Source: the human T2T-CHM13v2.0 reference genome, Homo sapiens. Taken from it: 64,000 bases of DNA. Position 1 is the first letter of the stretch, and each line of letters opens with the position of its first letter. Below are positions 36,068-51,000 of the stretch, one piece after another. A program made the translations under genes and the position numbers. Below the pieces are notes generated by a model. That model was not told the origin of the DNA, did not search any database, and worked only from the letters and a program-made list of their open reading frames with translations. Where the stretch lies: NCBI GenBank assembly GCA_009914755.4, contig CP068257.2, forward strand, positions 7,648,001 to 7,712,000. Reading direction: 5' to 3'.

Positions 36068-39000
36068 GAATGGAATGGAATGGAATGCAATGGAATCAAC
36101 CGGAGTTGAATGGAATGGAACGGAATGGAATGGAATGGAATGAAATGGAATGGAAAGGAATGGAATCAAACCGAGTGGAATGGAATGTAATGGAATGGAA
36201 TGGAAAGGCACGGAATGGAATGGAATGGAATGGAATGGAATGGAATGGAATGGAATGGAATGGAATCAACCCGAGTGGAATGGAATGGAATGGAATCAAA
36301 CTGAGTGGAATGGAATGGAATGGAATGCAATGGAATGTAATGGAGTGGAAGGCATTAGAATCAACTGGAATGGAATGGAGTGGAATGGAATGGAATCAAC
36401 GACAGTGGAATGGAATGGAATGGAATGGATAATAATGGAATGGAATGGAATCAATCTGGGTGGAATGGAATGGAATGGAATGCAATGGAATGGAATGGAA
36501 TCAACTCGAGTGGAATGAAATGTAACGTAATGTAATGTAATGGAATGTAATGGAATGGAATAGAATGGAATCAATTCGAGTGCAATATAATGGTATAGAA
36601 TGGAATGGAATGGAATGGAATGGAATGGAATCAACTAGAGTGGAAACGAATGGAAAGGAATGGAATGGAATGGAATGGAATGGAATGGAATGGAATGGAA
36701 TGGAACGGCATGGAATGGAATGGAATGGAGAGGAATCAACCATAGTGGAATGGAGTGCAATGGACTGTAACGGCATGGAATGGAATGGAATGGAGTGGAA
36801 TAAACACGAGTGGAATGGAATGGAATGGAATGGACTGGAATGGAATGGAATGGAATCAACCCGAGTGCAATGGAATGGAATAGAATGGAATGAAATAAAC
36901 ACGAGTGGAAAGGAATGGAATGGAATGGAATGGAATGGAAGAGAATGGAATGGAATCAACTCGAGTGGAAAGGAAAGGAATGGAAAGGAATGGAATGGAA
37001 TGGAAAGGAATGGAATGCAATGGAATGCAATGTTAGGGAATGGAATCAACCCGAGTGGAATGGAATGGAATGGAATGGAATGGAATGCAATGGAATGGAA
37101 TGGAATGGAATGGAATGCAATGGAATGGAATGGAATCAACTCGAGTGGAATGAAATGTAATGTAATGTAATGGAATGGAATGGAATGGAATGGAATGGAA
37201 TGGAATGGAATGGAATCAATTCGATTGCAATGTAATGGTATAGAATGGAATGGAATGGAATGGAATCAACCAGAGTGGAATGGAATGGAATGGAATGGAA
37301 TGGAATGGAATAGAATGGAATGGAATGGAACGGAACGGAATGGAATGGAATGGAATGGAATGGAACGGAACGGCATGGAATGGAATGGAATGGAGTGGAA
37401 TCAACACGAGTGGAATGGAGTGGAATGGACTGTAATGGCATGGAATGGAATGGAATGGAGTGGAATAAACAAAAGTGGAATTGAATGGAATGGAATGGAC
37501 TGCAATCAACCAGAGTGCAATGGAATGGAATAGAATGGAATGGAATGGAATGGAATGAAATAAACACTAGTGGAATGGAATGGAATGGAATGGAAGAGAA
37601 TGGAATGGAATCAACTCGAGTGGAAAGGAATGGAATGGAAAGGAATGGAATGGAATGGAAAGGAATGGAATGCAATGGAATGCAGTGTTATGGAATGGAA
37701 TCAACCCGAGTGGAAGGGAATGGAATGGAATGGAATGGAATGGAATGGAATGCAATGGAATGGAATGCAATGGAATGGACAGGAATGGAATGGAATGGAA
37801 TTCAATGGAATGGAATGGACAGGAATGGAATGGAATGGAATGGAATGGAATGGAATGGAATGGAATGGAATGGAGTGGAATGGACTAGAATGGAATGGAA
37901 TGGAATGAAATCAACCCGATTGGAATGGAATGGAATGCAATGGAATGGAATGGAATCAACTGGAAAGGAATCAAATGGAACGGAATGGAATAGAATGGAA
38001 TGGATTGGAATGGAATGGAATGGATTCAACCTGAGTGGAATGGAATGGAATAAAATGGAATAATGACGAGTGGAATGGAATGGAATGGAATGGAATGGAA
38101 TAGAATGTAGTCAATTCGAGTGCAATGTAATGGTATAGAATGGAATGGAATGGAATGGAATCAACCAGAGTGGAATGGAATGGAAAGGAAAGGAATGGAA
38201 TGGAATTTAATGGAATGGAATGGAACGGAACGGAATGGAATGGAATGGAATGGAATGGAATGGAATGGAACGGCATGGAATGGAATGGAAAGGAATGGAA
38301 TGCAATGGAATGGAATGTAACGGCATGCAATGGAATGGAATGGAGTGGATTCAACCCGAGTGGAATGGAGTGCATTGGACTGTAACGGCATGGAATGGAA
38401 TGGAATGTAGTGGAATAAACACCAGTGGAATGGAATGGAATGGAATGGAATGGACTGGAATCAACCCGAGTGCAATGGAATGGAATAGAATGGAATGGAA
38501 TGGAATGGAATGAAATAAACACGAGTGGAATGTAATGGAATGGAAAGGAATGGAAGAGAATGGAATGGAATCAAATCGAGTGGAAAGGAATGGAATGGAA
38601 AGGAATGGAATGGAATGGAAAGGAATGTAATGCAATGGAATGCAGTGTTATGGAATGGAATCAACCCGAGTGGAATGGAATGGAATGGAATGGAATGGAA
38701 TGGAATGGAATGGAATGGACTGGAATGGAATGGAATGGAATGGAATGGAATGGAATGGAATGGACTGGAATGGAATGGAATGGAATGGAATGGAATGGAA
38801 TGGAATGGAGTGGAATGGACTAGAATGGAATGGAATGGAATGAAATCAACCCGATGGGAACGGAATGGAATGCAATGGAATGGAATGGAATCAACAGGAA
38901 AGGAATCAAATGGAACAGAATGGAATAGAATGGAATGGATTGGAATGGAATGGAATGGAATCAAACCTAGTAGAATGGAATGGAAAGAATGGAATGAACA

Positions 39001-42000
39001 GGAATGGAATGGAATGGAATGGAATGGAATTTAATGGAATGGAATGGAATGGAATGCAATTTAATAGAATGGAATGGAATGGAATGGAATCAAACTGAGT
39101 GGAATGGAATGGAATGGAATGCAATGGAATGTAATGGAGTGGAAGGCATTAGAATCAACTGGAATGGAATGGAGTGGAATGGAATGGAATGGAATGGATA
39201 ATAATGGAATGGAATGGAATCAATCCGGGTGGAATGGAATGGAATGGAATGCAATGGAATGGAATGGAATCAACTCGAGTGGAATGAAATGTAACGTAAT
39301 GTAATGGAATGGAATGGAATGGAATGGAATAGAATGGAATCAATTCGAGTGCAATATAACGGTATAGAATGGAATGGAATGGAATGGAATGGAATGGAAT
39401 GGAATCAACTAGAGTGGAAACGAATTTAAAGGAATGGAATGGAATGGAATGGAATGGAACGGCATGGAATGGAATGGAATGGAGTGGAATCAACCATAGT
39501 GGAATGGAGTGCAATGGACTGTAACGGCATGGAATGGAATGGAATGGAGTGGAATAAACACGAGTGGAATGGAATGGAATGGAACGGACTGGAATGGAAT
39601 GGAATGGAATCAACCCGAGTGCAATGGAATGGAATAGAATGGAATGAAATAAACACGAGTGGTAAGAAATGGAATGGAATGGAATGGAATGGAAGAGAAT
39701 GGATTGGAATCAACTCCAGTGGAAAGGAATGGAATGGAAAGGAATGGAATGGAATGGAAAGGAATGGAATGCAATGGAATGCAATGTTAGGGAATGGAAT
39801 CAACCCGAGTGGAATGGAATGGAATGGAATGGAATGCAATGGAATGGAATGGAATGGAATGGAATGGAATGGAATGGAATCAATTCGAATGCAATGTAAT
39901 GGTATAGAATGGAATGGAATGGAATGGAATGGAATCAACCAGAGTGGAATGGAATGGAAAGGAATGGAATGGAATGGAATGGAATGGAATGTAACAGCAT
40001 GGAATGGAATGGAATGGAGTGGAATCAACCCGAGTGGAATGGAGTGGAATGGACTGTAATGGTCTGGAATGGAATGGAATGGAATGGAGTGGAATAAACA
40101 CAAGTGGAATGGAATGGAATGGAATGGACCGGAATCAACCAGAGTGCAATGGAATGGAATAGAATGGAACGGAATGGAATGGAATGAAAAAAACACGAGT
40201 GGAATGGAATGGAATGGAATGGAATGGAATTCAATGGAATGGAATGGACAGGAATGGAATGGAATGGAGTGGAATGGACTAGAATGGAATGGAAAGGAAT
40301 GAAATCAACCCGATTGGAATGGAATGGAATGCAATGGAATGGAATGGAATCAACTGGAAAGGAATCAAATGGAACGGAATGGAATAGAATGGAATGGATT
40401 GGAATGGAATGGAATGGATTCAACCCGAGTGGAATGGAATGGAATAGAATGGAATAAACACGAGTGGAATGGAATGGAATGGAATGGAATGGAATCAACT
40501 CGAGTGGAATGAAATGTAATGTAATGGAATGGAATGGAATTGAATGGAATAAACACGAGTGGAATGGAATGGAATGGAATGGAATGGAATGGAATGGAAT
40601 AGAATGGAGTCAATTCAAGTGCAATGGAATGGTATAAAATGGAATCGAATGGAATGGAATAAACCAGAGTGGAATGGAATGGAAAGGTATAGAATGGAAT
40701 GGAATGGAATGGAATGGAACGGAATGGAATGGAATGGAATGGAATGTAACGGCATGGAATGGAATGGAATGGAATGGAATGGAATGGAATGGAATGGAAT
40801 GGAACGGCATGCAATGGAATGGAATGGAGTGGAATAAACACGAGTGGAATGGAATGGAATGGAATGGACTGGAATGGAAAGGAATGGAAGAAAATGGAAT
40901 GGAATCAACACGAGTGCAAAGGAATGGAATGGAAAGGAATGGAATGGAATGGAAAGGAATGGAATGCAATGGAATGCAGTGTTATGGAATGGAATCAACC
41001 CGAGTGGAATGGAATGGAATGGAATGGAATGGAGTGGAATGGAATGGAATGGAATGCAATGGAATGGACAGGAATGGAATGGAATGGAATGGAATGGAAT
41101 GGAATAGAATGGAATGGAATAGAGTGGAATGGACTAGAATGGAATGGAATGGAATGAACTCAACCCTATTGGAATGGAATGGAATGCAATGGAATGGAAT
41201 GGAATGGAATCAACTGGTAAGGAAACAAATGGAACAGAATGGAATAGAATGGAATGGATTGTAATGGAATGGAATGGAATCAAACCTAGTAGAATGGAAT
41301 GGAAAGAATGGAATGAACAGGAATGGAATGGAATGGAATGGAATTTAATGGAATGGAATGGAATTTAATAGAATGGAATGGAATGGAATGGAATGGAATG
41401 GAATGGAATGGAATCAACCCGAGTGGAGTGGAATGGAATGGAATGGAAATGAATGGAATAGAATGGAATGGAATGGAACGGAAAGGAATGGAATGAACCC
41501 GAGTGGAATAGAATGGAATGGAATGGAATGGAAAGGCACGGAATGGAATGGAATGGAATGGAATGGAATGGAATGGAATCAACCCGAGTGGAATGGAATG
41601 GAATGGAATCAAACTGAGTGGAATGGAATGGAATGGAATGCAATGGAATGTAATGCAGTGGAAGGCATTAGAATCAACTGGAATGGAATGCAGTGGAATG
41701 GAATGGAATCAACGCCAGTGGAATGGAATGGAATGGAATGGATAATAATAGAATGGAATGGAATAAATCCGGCTGGAATGGAATGGAATGGAATGCAATG
41801 GAATGAAATGGAATCAACTCGAGTGGATTGAAATGTAACGTAATGTAATGGAATGGAATGGAATGGAATGGAATGCAATGGAATGGAATCAATTCGAGTG
41901 CAATATAATGGTATAGAATGGAATGGAATAGAATGGAATGGAATGGAATGGAATCAACCAGAGTGGAATGGAATGGAATGGAATGGAATGGAATGGACTG

Positions 42001-45000
42001 TAACGGCATGGAATGCAATGGAATGGAGTGGAATCAACCCGAGTGGAATGGAATGGAATGGACTAACGGCATGGAACGGAATGGAATGGAGTGGAATCAA
42101 ACCGAGAGGAATGGAATGGAATGGAATGGAATGGAATGGAATGGAATGGAATAGAATGGAATCAATTCGAATGCAATGTAATGGTATAGAATGGAATGGA
42201 ATGGAATGGAATCAACCAGAGTGGAATGGAATGGAATGGAATGGAATGGAATGGAATAGAATGTAATGGAATGGAACGGAATGGAACGGAATGGAATGGA
42301 ATGGAATGGAATGGAATGGAATGGAATGGCATGGAATGGAATGGAATGGAGTGGAATCAACCCGAGTGGAATGGAGTGGAATGGACTGTAATGGCATGGA
42401 ATGGAATGGAATGGAGTGGAATAAACACAAGTGGAATGGAATGGAATGGAATGGACTACAATCAACCAGAGTGCAATGGAATGGAATAGAATGGAATGGA
42501 ATGGAATGGAATGAAATAAACACGAGTGGAATGGAATGGAATGGAATGGAAGAGAATGGAATGGAATCAACTCGAGTGGAAAGGAATGGAATGGAAAGGA
42601 ATGGAATGGAATGGAAAGGAATGGAATGCAATGGAATGCAGTGTTATGTAATGGAATCAACCCGAGTGGAATGGAATGGAATGGAATGGAATGGAATGGA
42701 ATGCAATGGAATGGACAGGAGTGGAATGGAATGGAATTCAATGGAATGGAATGGACAGGAATGGAATGGAATGGAATGGAATGGAGTGGAATGGACTAGA
42801 ATGGAATGGAATGGAATGAAATCAACCCGATTGGAATGGAATGGAATGCAATGGAATGGAATGGAATCAACTGGAAAGGAATCAAATGGAACGGAATGGA
42901 ATGGAATGGAATGGAATGGAATGGAATGGAATGGAATGGAATCAACCCTAGTGGAATGGAATGGAATGAAATCAAACTGAGTGGAATGGAAGGGAATGGA
43001 ATGCAATGGAATGTAATGGAGTGGAAGGCATTTGAATCAACTGGAATGGAATGGAAAGGAATGGAATGGAATGGAATCAACCCCAGTGGAATGGAATGGA
43101 ATGGAATGGATTATAATGGAATGGAATGGAATCAATCTGGGTGGAATGGAATGGAATGGAATGGATTATAATGGAATGGAATGGAATCAATCCGGGTGGA
43201 GTGGAATTGAATGGAATGGATTGGAATGGAATGGAATGGAATGGATTGGAATTCAATGTAATGGAAACAACCCGAGTGGAATGTAATGGAATGGAAAGGC
43301 CTGGAATGTAATGGAATGGATTGGAATCAACCGGATTCCAATGCAAAGGAATGGAATGGAATGGAATGGAAGGGAATGGAATGGAATGGAAAGGAATGGA
43401 ATGAACTGTAATGGAATGGAATGGAATGGAATTTAATGGAATGGAATGGAATCAACCCGAGTGGAGTGGAATGGAATGGAATGGAAATGAATGGAATAGA
43501 ATGGAATGGAATGGAACGGAACGGAATGGAAAGAACCCGAGTGGAATGGATTGTAATGGAAATGAATGGAATAGAAGGGAATGGAATGGAATGGAACGGA
43601 ATGGAACGAACCCGAGTGGAATGGATTGGAATGGAATGGAATGGAAAGGAACGGAATGGAATGGATTGGAATGGAATCAACCCGAGTGGAATGGAATGGA
43701 ATGCAATCAAACTGAGTGGAATGGAAGGGAATGGAATGCAATGGAATGTAATGGAGTGGAAGGCATTTGAATCAAATGGAATGGAATGGAATGGAATGGA
43801 ATGGAATCAACCCCAGTGGAATGGATTGGATGGGAATGGATTATAATGGAATGGAATGGAATCAATCCGAGTGGAATGGAATGGAATGGAATGGATTATA
43901 GTTGAATGGAATGGAATCAATCCTTGTGGAATGGAGTGGAATGGAATGGAATAGAAAGGAATGGAATTCAATGTAATGGAAACAAACCGAGTGGAATGTA
44001 ATGGAATGGAAAGGACTGGAATCTAATGGAATGTATTGGAATCAACCTGATTCCAATGCAACGGAATGGAATGGAATGGAATGCAATGGAAGGGAATGGA
44101 ATGGAATGGAAAAGAATGGAATAAACTGGAATTGAATGGAATGGAATGGAATTTAATGGAATGGAATGGAATGGAATGGAATGGAATGGAATCAACCCGA
44201 GTGAAGTGGAATGGAATGCAATGGAAATGAATGGAATGGAATGGAATGGAATGGAATCAACCCGAGTGGAGTGGAATGGAATGCAATGGAAATGAATGGA
44301 ATAGAATGGAATGGAATGCAACGGAACGGAATGGAATGAACCCGAGTGGAATGGAATGGAATAGAATGGAATGGAAAGGCACGAAATGGAATGGAATGGA
44401 ATGGAATGGAATGGAATGGAATGGAATCAACCCGAGTGGAATGGAATGGAATTGAATGGAATCAAACTGAGTGGAATGGAATGGAATGGAATGGAATGGA
44501 ATGGAATGGAGTGGAAGGCATTAGAATCACCTGGAATGGAATGGAATGGAATGGAATGGAATGGAATGGAATCAACCCGAGTGGAATGGAATGGAATGGA
44601 ATCAAACTGAGTGGAAAGGAATGGAATGGAATGGAATGGAATGGAATGGAATGGAATCAACCACAGTGGAATGGAATGGAATGGAACAGATTATAATAGA
44701 ATGGAATGGAATCAATCCGGGTGGAATGGAATGGAATGGAATGGAATGGAATGGAATGGAATGGAATCAACTCGAGTGGAATGAAATGTAACTTGATGGA
44801 ATGGAATGGAATGGAATGGAATGGAATGGAATGGAATGGAATACAATGGAATCAATTCGAGTGCCATGTAATGGTATAGAATGGAATGGAATGGAATGGA
44901 ATGAAATGGAATGGAATGGAATGGAATGGAATCATCCAGAGTGGAATGGAATGGAATGGAATGGAATGGAATGGAATATATTGGAATGGAATGGAATGGA

Positions 45001-48000
45001 ATGGAATGGAATATATTGGAATGGAATGCAACGGAATCAACTGGAATGGAATGGAATGGAATGGAATGGATTATAATGGAATGGAATGGAATCAATCCGG
45101 GTGGAATGGAATGGAATGGAATGGAATGGAATGGAATTCAATGTAATGGAAACAAACCGAGAGGAATGTAATGGAATGGAAAGGACTGGAATGTAATGGA
45201 ATGGATTGGAATCAAACCGATTCCAATGCAACGGAATGGAATGCAATGGAAAGGAAAGAAATCAACCCGAATGGAATGGATTGGAATAGAGTGGAGTGGA
45301 ATGGAATAGAATGGCATGGAATGCAATGAAATCAACTAGAATGGAATGGAATGGAATGGAATGAAAAGGAATGGAATGGAATGGAATGGAATGGAATGGA
45401 ATGGAAAGGAATGGAGTGGAATGGAATGCAATGGAATGAAATCAACCCGATTGGAATGGAATGGAATGCAATGGAATGGAATGGAATCAACTGGAAAGGA
45501 ATCAAATGGAACGGAATCGAATGGAATGGAATGGAATGGAATGGAATGGAATGGAACGGAACGGAATCAACCTCTCTGGAATGGAACGGAATGGAATGGA
45601 TTATAATGGAATGGAATGGAATCAATCCGGGTGGAATGGAATGGAATGCAATGGAATGGACAGGAATGGAATGGAATGGAATTCAATGGAATGGAATGGA
45701 CAGGAATGCAATGGAATGTAATGCAATGGAATGGAATGGAGTGGAATGGACTAGAATGGAATGGAATGGAATGAAATCAACCCGATTGGAATGGAATAGA
45801 ATGCAATGGAATGGAATGGAATCAACTGGAAAGGAATCAAATGGAACGGAATGGAATAGAATGGAATGGATTGGAATGGAAAGGAATGGATTCAACCCGA
45901 GTGGAATGGAATGGAATAGAACGGAATAAACACGAGTGGAATGGAATGGAATGGAATGGAATGGAATGGAATGGAATCAACTCGAGTGGAATGAAATGTA
46001 ATGTAATGGAATGGAATGGAATTGAATGGAATAAACACGAGTGGAATGGAATGGAATGGAATGGAATAGAATGGAGTCAATTCAAGTGCAATGGAATGGT
46101 ATACAATGGAATCGAATGGAATGGAATCAACCAGAGTGGAATGGAATGGAAAGGAATGGAATGGAATGGAACGGAACGGAATGGAATGGAATGGAATGGA
46201 ATGGAACGGCATGGAATGGAATGGAATGGAATGGAATGGAATGGAATAGAATATAACGGCATGCAATGGAATGGAATGGAGTGGATTCAACCCGAGTGGA
46301 ATGGAGTGGATTGAACTGTAACGGCATGGAATGGAATGGAATGGAGTGGAATAAACAAGAGTGGAATGGAATGGAATAGAATGGAATGGAATGGAATGGA
46401 GTGAAATAAACTCGAGTGGAATGGAATGGAATGGAATAGAATGGAATGGAATGGAAAGGAATGGAAGAGAATGGAATGGAATCAACTCGAGTGGAAAGGA
46501 ATGGAATGGAAAGGAATGGAATGGAATGGAAAGGAATGGAATGCAATGAAATGCAGTGTTATGGAATGGAATCAACCCGAGTGGAATGGAATGGAATGGA
46601 ATGGAATGGAATGGAATGGAATGGACAGGAATGGAATGGAATGGAATGGAATGGAATGGAATGGAATGGAATGGAATGGAGTGGAATGGACTAGAATGGA
46701 ATGGAATGGAATGAAAACAACCCGATGGGAATGGAATGGAATGCAATGGAATGGAATGGAATCAACTGGAAAGGAATCAAATGGAACGGAATGGAATTGA
46801 ATGGAATGGATTGGAATGGAATGGAATGGAATCAAACCTAGTAGAATGGAATGGAAAGAATGGAATGTACAGGAATGGAATGGAATGGAATGGAATTTAA
46901 TGGAATGGAATGGAATGGAATGGAATTTAATAGAATGGAATGGAATGGAATGGAACAGAATGGAATGGAATCAACCCGATTGGAGTCAAATGAAATGGAA
47001 TGGAAATGAATGGAATAGAATGGAATGGAATGGAACGGAAAGGAATGGCATGAACCCGAGTGGAATGGAATGGAATGGAATGGAATGGAATGGAATGGAA
47101 TGGAATGGAATCGAAAGGCACGGAATGGAATGGAATGGAATGGAATGGAATGGAATCAACCCGAGTGGAATGGAATGGAATGGAATCAAACTGAGTGGAA
47201 TGGAATGGAATGGAATGCAATGGAATGTAATGGAGTGGAAGGCATTAGAATCAACTGGAATGGAATGGAGTGGAATGGAATGGAATCAACGCCAGTGGAA
47301 CGGAATGGAATGGAATGGAATGGATAATAATGGAATGGAATGGAATCAATCCGGGTGGAATGGAATGGAATGGAATGCAATGGAATGGAATGGAATCAAC
47401 TCGAGTGGAATGAAATGTAACGTAATGTAATGTAATGGAATGGAATGGAATGGAATAGAATGGAATCAATTTGAGTGTAATATAACGGTATAGAATGGAA
47501 TGGAATGGAATGGAATCGAATGGAATCAACTAGAGTGGAAACGAATGGAAAGGAATGGAATGGAATGGAATGGAGTGTAATGGAATGGAATGGAATGGAA
47601 TGGAATGGAATGGAATGGAATGGCATGGAATGGAATGGAGTGGAATCAACCAGAGTGGAATGGAGTGCAATGGACTGTAACGGCATGGAATGGAATGGAA
47701 TGGAGTGGAATAAACACGAGTGGAATGGAATGGAATGGAATGGACTGGAATGGAATGGAATGTAATCAACCCGAGTGCAATGGAATGGAATAGAATGGAA
47801 TGAAACAAACACGAGTGGAAAGGAATGGAATGGAATGGAATGGAATGGAAGAGAATGGAATGGAATCAACTCGAGTGGAAAGGAATGGAATGGAAAGGAA
47901 TGGAATGGAATGGAAAGGAATGGAATGCAATGGAATGCAATGTTATGGAATGGAATCAACCCGAGTTGAATGGAATGTAATGGAATGGAATGCAATGGAA

Positions 48001-51000
48001 TGGAATGGAATCAACTCGAGTGGAATGAAATGTAATGTAATGTAATGGAATGGAATGGAATGGAATGGAATGGAATAGAATGGAATCATTTCGAATGCAA
48101 TGTAATGGTATAGAATGGAATGGAATGGAATGGAATCAACCAGAGTGGAATGGAATGGAAAGGAATGGAATGGAATGGAATGGAATGGAATGTAACGGCA
48201 TGGAATGGAATGGAATGGAGTGGAATCAACCCGAGTGGAATGGAGTGGAATGGACTGTAATGGAATGGAATGGAATAGAGTGGAATAAACACAAGTGGAA
48301 AGGAATGGAATGGAATCAAACTGAGTGGAATGGAATGGAATGGAAAGCAATGGAATGTAATGCAGTGGAAGGCATTAGAATCAACTGGAATGGAATGGAG
48401 TGGAATGGAATGTAATCAACGCCAGTGGAATGGATTTTAATAGAATGGATAATAATGGAATGGAAGGGAATCAATCCGGGTGGAATGGAATGGAATGGAA
48501 TGCAATGGAATGAAATGAAATCAACTCGAGTGGAATGAAATGTAACGTAATGTAATGGAATGGAATGGAATGGAATGGAATAGAATGGAATCAATTCGAG
48601 TGCAATATAATGGTATAGAATGGAATGGAATGGAATGGAATGGAATGTAACGGCATGGAATGGAATGGAATGGAATGGAATGGAATGGCATGCAATGGAA
48701 TGGAATGGAGTGGAATAAACACGAGTGGAATGGAATGGAATAGAATGGACTGGAATGGAAAGGAATGGAAGAGAATGGAATGGAATCAATACGAGTGGAA
48801 AGGAATGGAATGGAAAGGAATGGAGTGGAATGGAAAGGAATGTAATGCAATGGAATGCAGTGTTATGGAATGGAATCAACCCGAGTGGAATGGAATGGAA
48901 TGGAATGGAATGGAGTGGAATGGAATGGAATGGAATGCAATGGAATGGACAGGAATGGAATGGAATGGAATGGAACGGAATGGAATGGAATGGAATGGAG
49001 TGGAATGGACTAGAATGGAATGGAATGGAAGGAAATCAACCCTATTGGAATGGAATGGAATGCAATGGAATGGAATGGAATCAACTGGTAAGGAAACAAA
49101 TGGAACAGAATGGAATAGAATGGAATGGATTGTAATGGAATGGAATGGAATCAAACCTAGTAGAATGGAATGGAAAGAATGGAATGAACAGGAATGGAAT
49201 GGAATGGAATGGAATTTAATGGAATGGAATGGAATTTAATAGAATGGAATGGAATGGAATGGAATGGAATGGAATGGAATGGAATGGAATCAACACGAGT
49301 GGAGTGGAATGGAATGGAATGGAAATGAATGGAATAGAATGGAATGGAATGGAACGGAAAGGAATGGAATGAACCCGAGTGGAATGGAATGGAATGGAAT
49401 GGAATGGAATGGAATGGAAAGGCACGGAATGGAATGGAATGGAATGGAATGGAATGGAATGGAATGGAATGGAATCAACCCGAGTGGAATGGAATGGAAT
49501 GGAATCAAACTGAGTGGAATGGAATGGAATGGAATGCAATGGAATGTAATGCAGTGGAAGGCATTAGAATCAACTGGAATGGAATGCAGTGGAATGGAAT
49601 GGAATCAACGCCAGTGGAATGGAATGGAATGGAATGGAATGGATAATAATAGAATGGAATGGAATAAATCCGGCTGGAATGGAATGGAATGGAATGCAAT
49701 GGAATGAAATGGAATCAACTCGAGTGGAATGAAATGTAACGTAATGTAATGGAATGGAATGGAATGGAATGGAATAGAATGGAATCAATTCGAGTGCAAT
49801 ATAATGGTATAGAATGGAATGGAATAGAATGGAATGGAATGGAATGGAATCAACCAGAGTGGAATGGAATGGAATGGAATGGAATGGAATGGAATGGAAT
49901 GGAATGGAACGGCATGGAATGGAATGGAATGGAATGGAATGGAATGGAATGGAATATAACGGCATGCAATGGAATGGAATGGAGTGGATTCAACCCGAGT
50001 GGAATGGAGTGGATTGGACTGTAACGGCATGGAATGGAATGGAATGGAGTGGAATAAACACGAGTAGAATGGAATGGAATAGAATGGAATGGAATGGAAT
50101 GGAGTGAAATAAACTCGAGTGGAATGGAATGGAATGGAATAGAATGGAATGGAATGGAAAGGAATGGAAGAGAATGGAATGGAATCAACTCGAGTGGAAA
50201 GGAATGGAATGGAAAGGAATGGAATGGAATGGAAAGGAATGGAATGCAATGGAATGCAGTGTTATGGAATGGAATCAACCCGAGTGGAATGGAATGGAAT
50301 GGAATGGAATGGAATGGACAGGAATGGAATGGAATGGAATGGAATGGAATGGAATGGAATGGAATGGAATGCAATGGAGTGGAATGGACTAGAATGGAAT
50401 GGAATGGAATGAAATCAACCCGATGGGAATGGAATGGAATGCAATGGAATGGAATGGAATCAACTGGAAAGGAATCAAATGGAACGGAATGGAATTGAAT
50501 GGAATGGATTGGAATGGAATGGAATGGAATCAAACCTAGTAGAATGGAATGGAAAGAATGGAATGTACAGGAATGGAATGGAATGGAATGGAATTTAATG
50601 GAATGGAATGGAATGGAATGGAATTTAATAGAATGGAATGGAATGGAATGGAATGGAATGGAATGGAATGGAATCAACCCGATTGGAGTCAAATGAAATG
50701 GAATGGAAATGAATGGAATAGAATGGAATGGAATGGAACGGAAAGGAATGGCATGAACCCGAGTGGAATGGAATGGAATGGAATGGAATGGAATGGAATG
50801 GAATGGAATGGAATCGAAAGGCACGGAATGGAATGGAATGGAATGGAATGGAATGGAATCAACCCGAATGGAATGGAAAGGAATGGAATCAAACTGAGTG
50901 GAATGGAATGGAATGGAATGCAATGGAATGTAATGGAGTGGAAGGCATTAGAATCAACTGGAATGGAATGGAGTGGAATTGAATGGAATCAACGCCAGTT

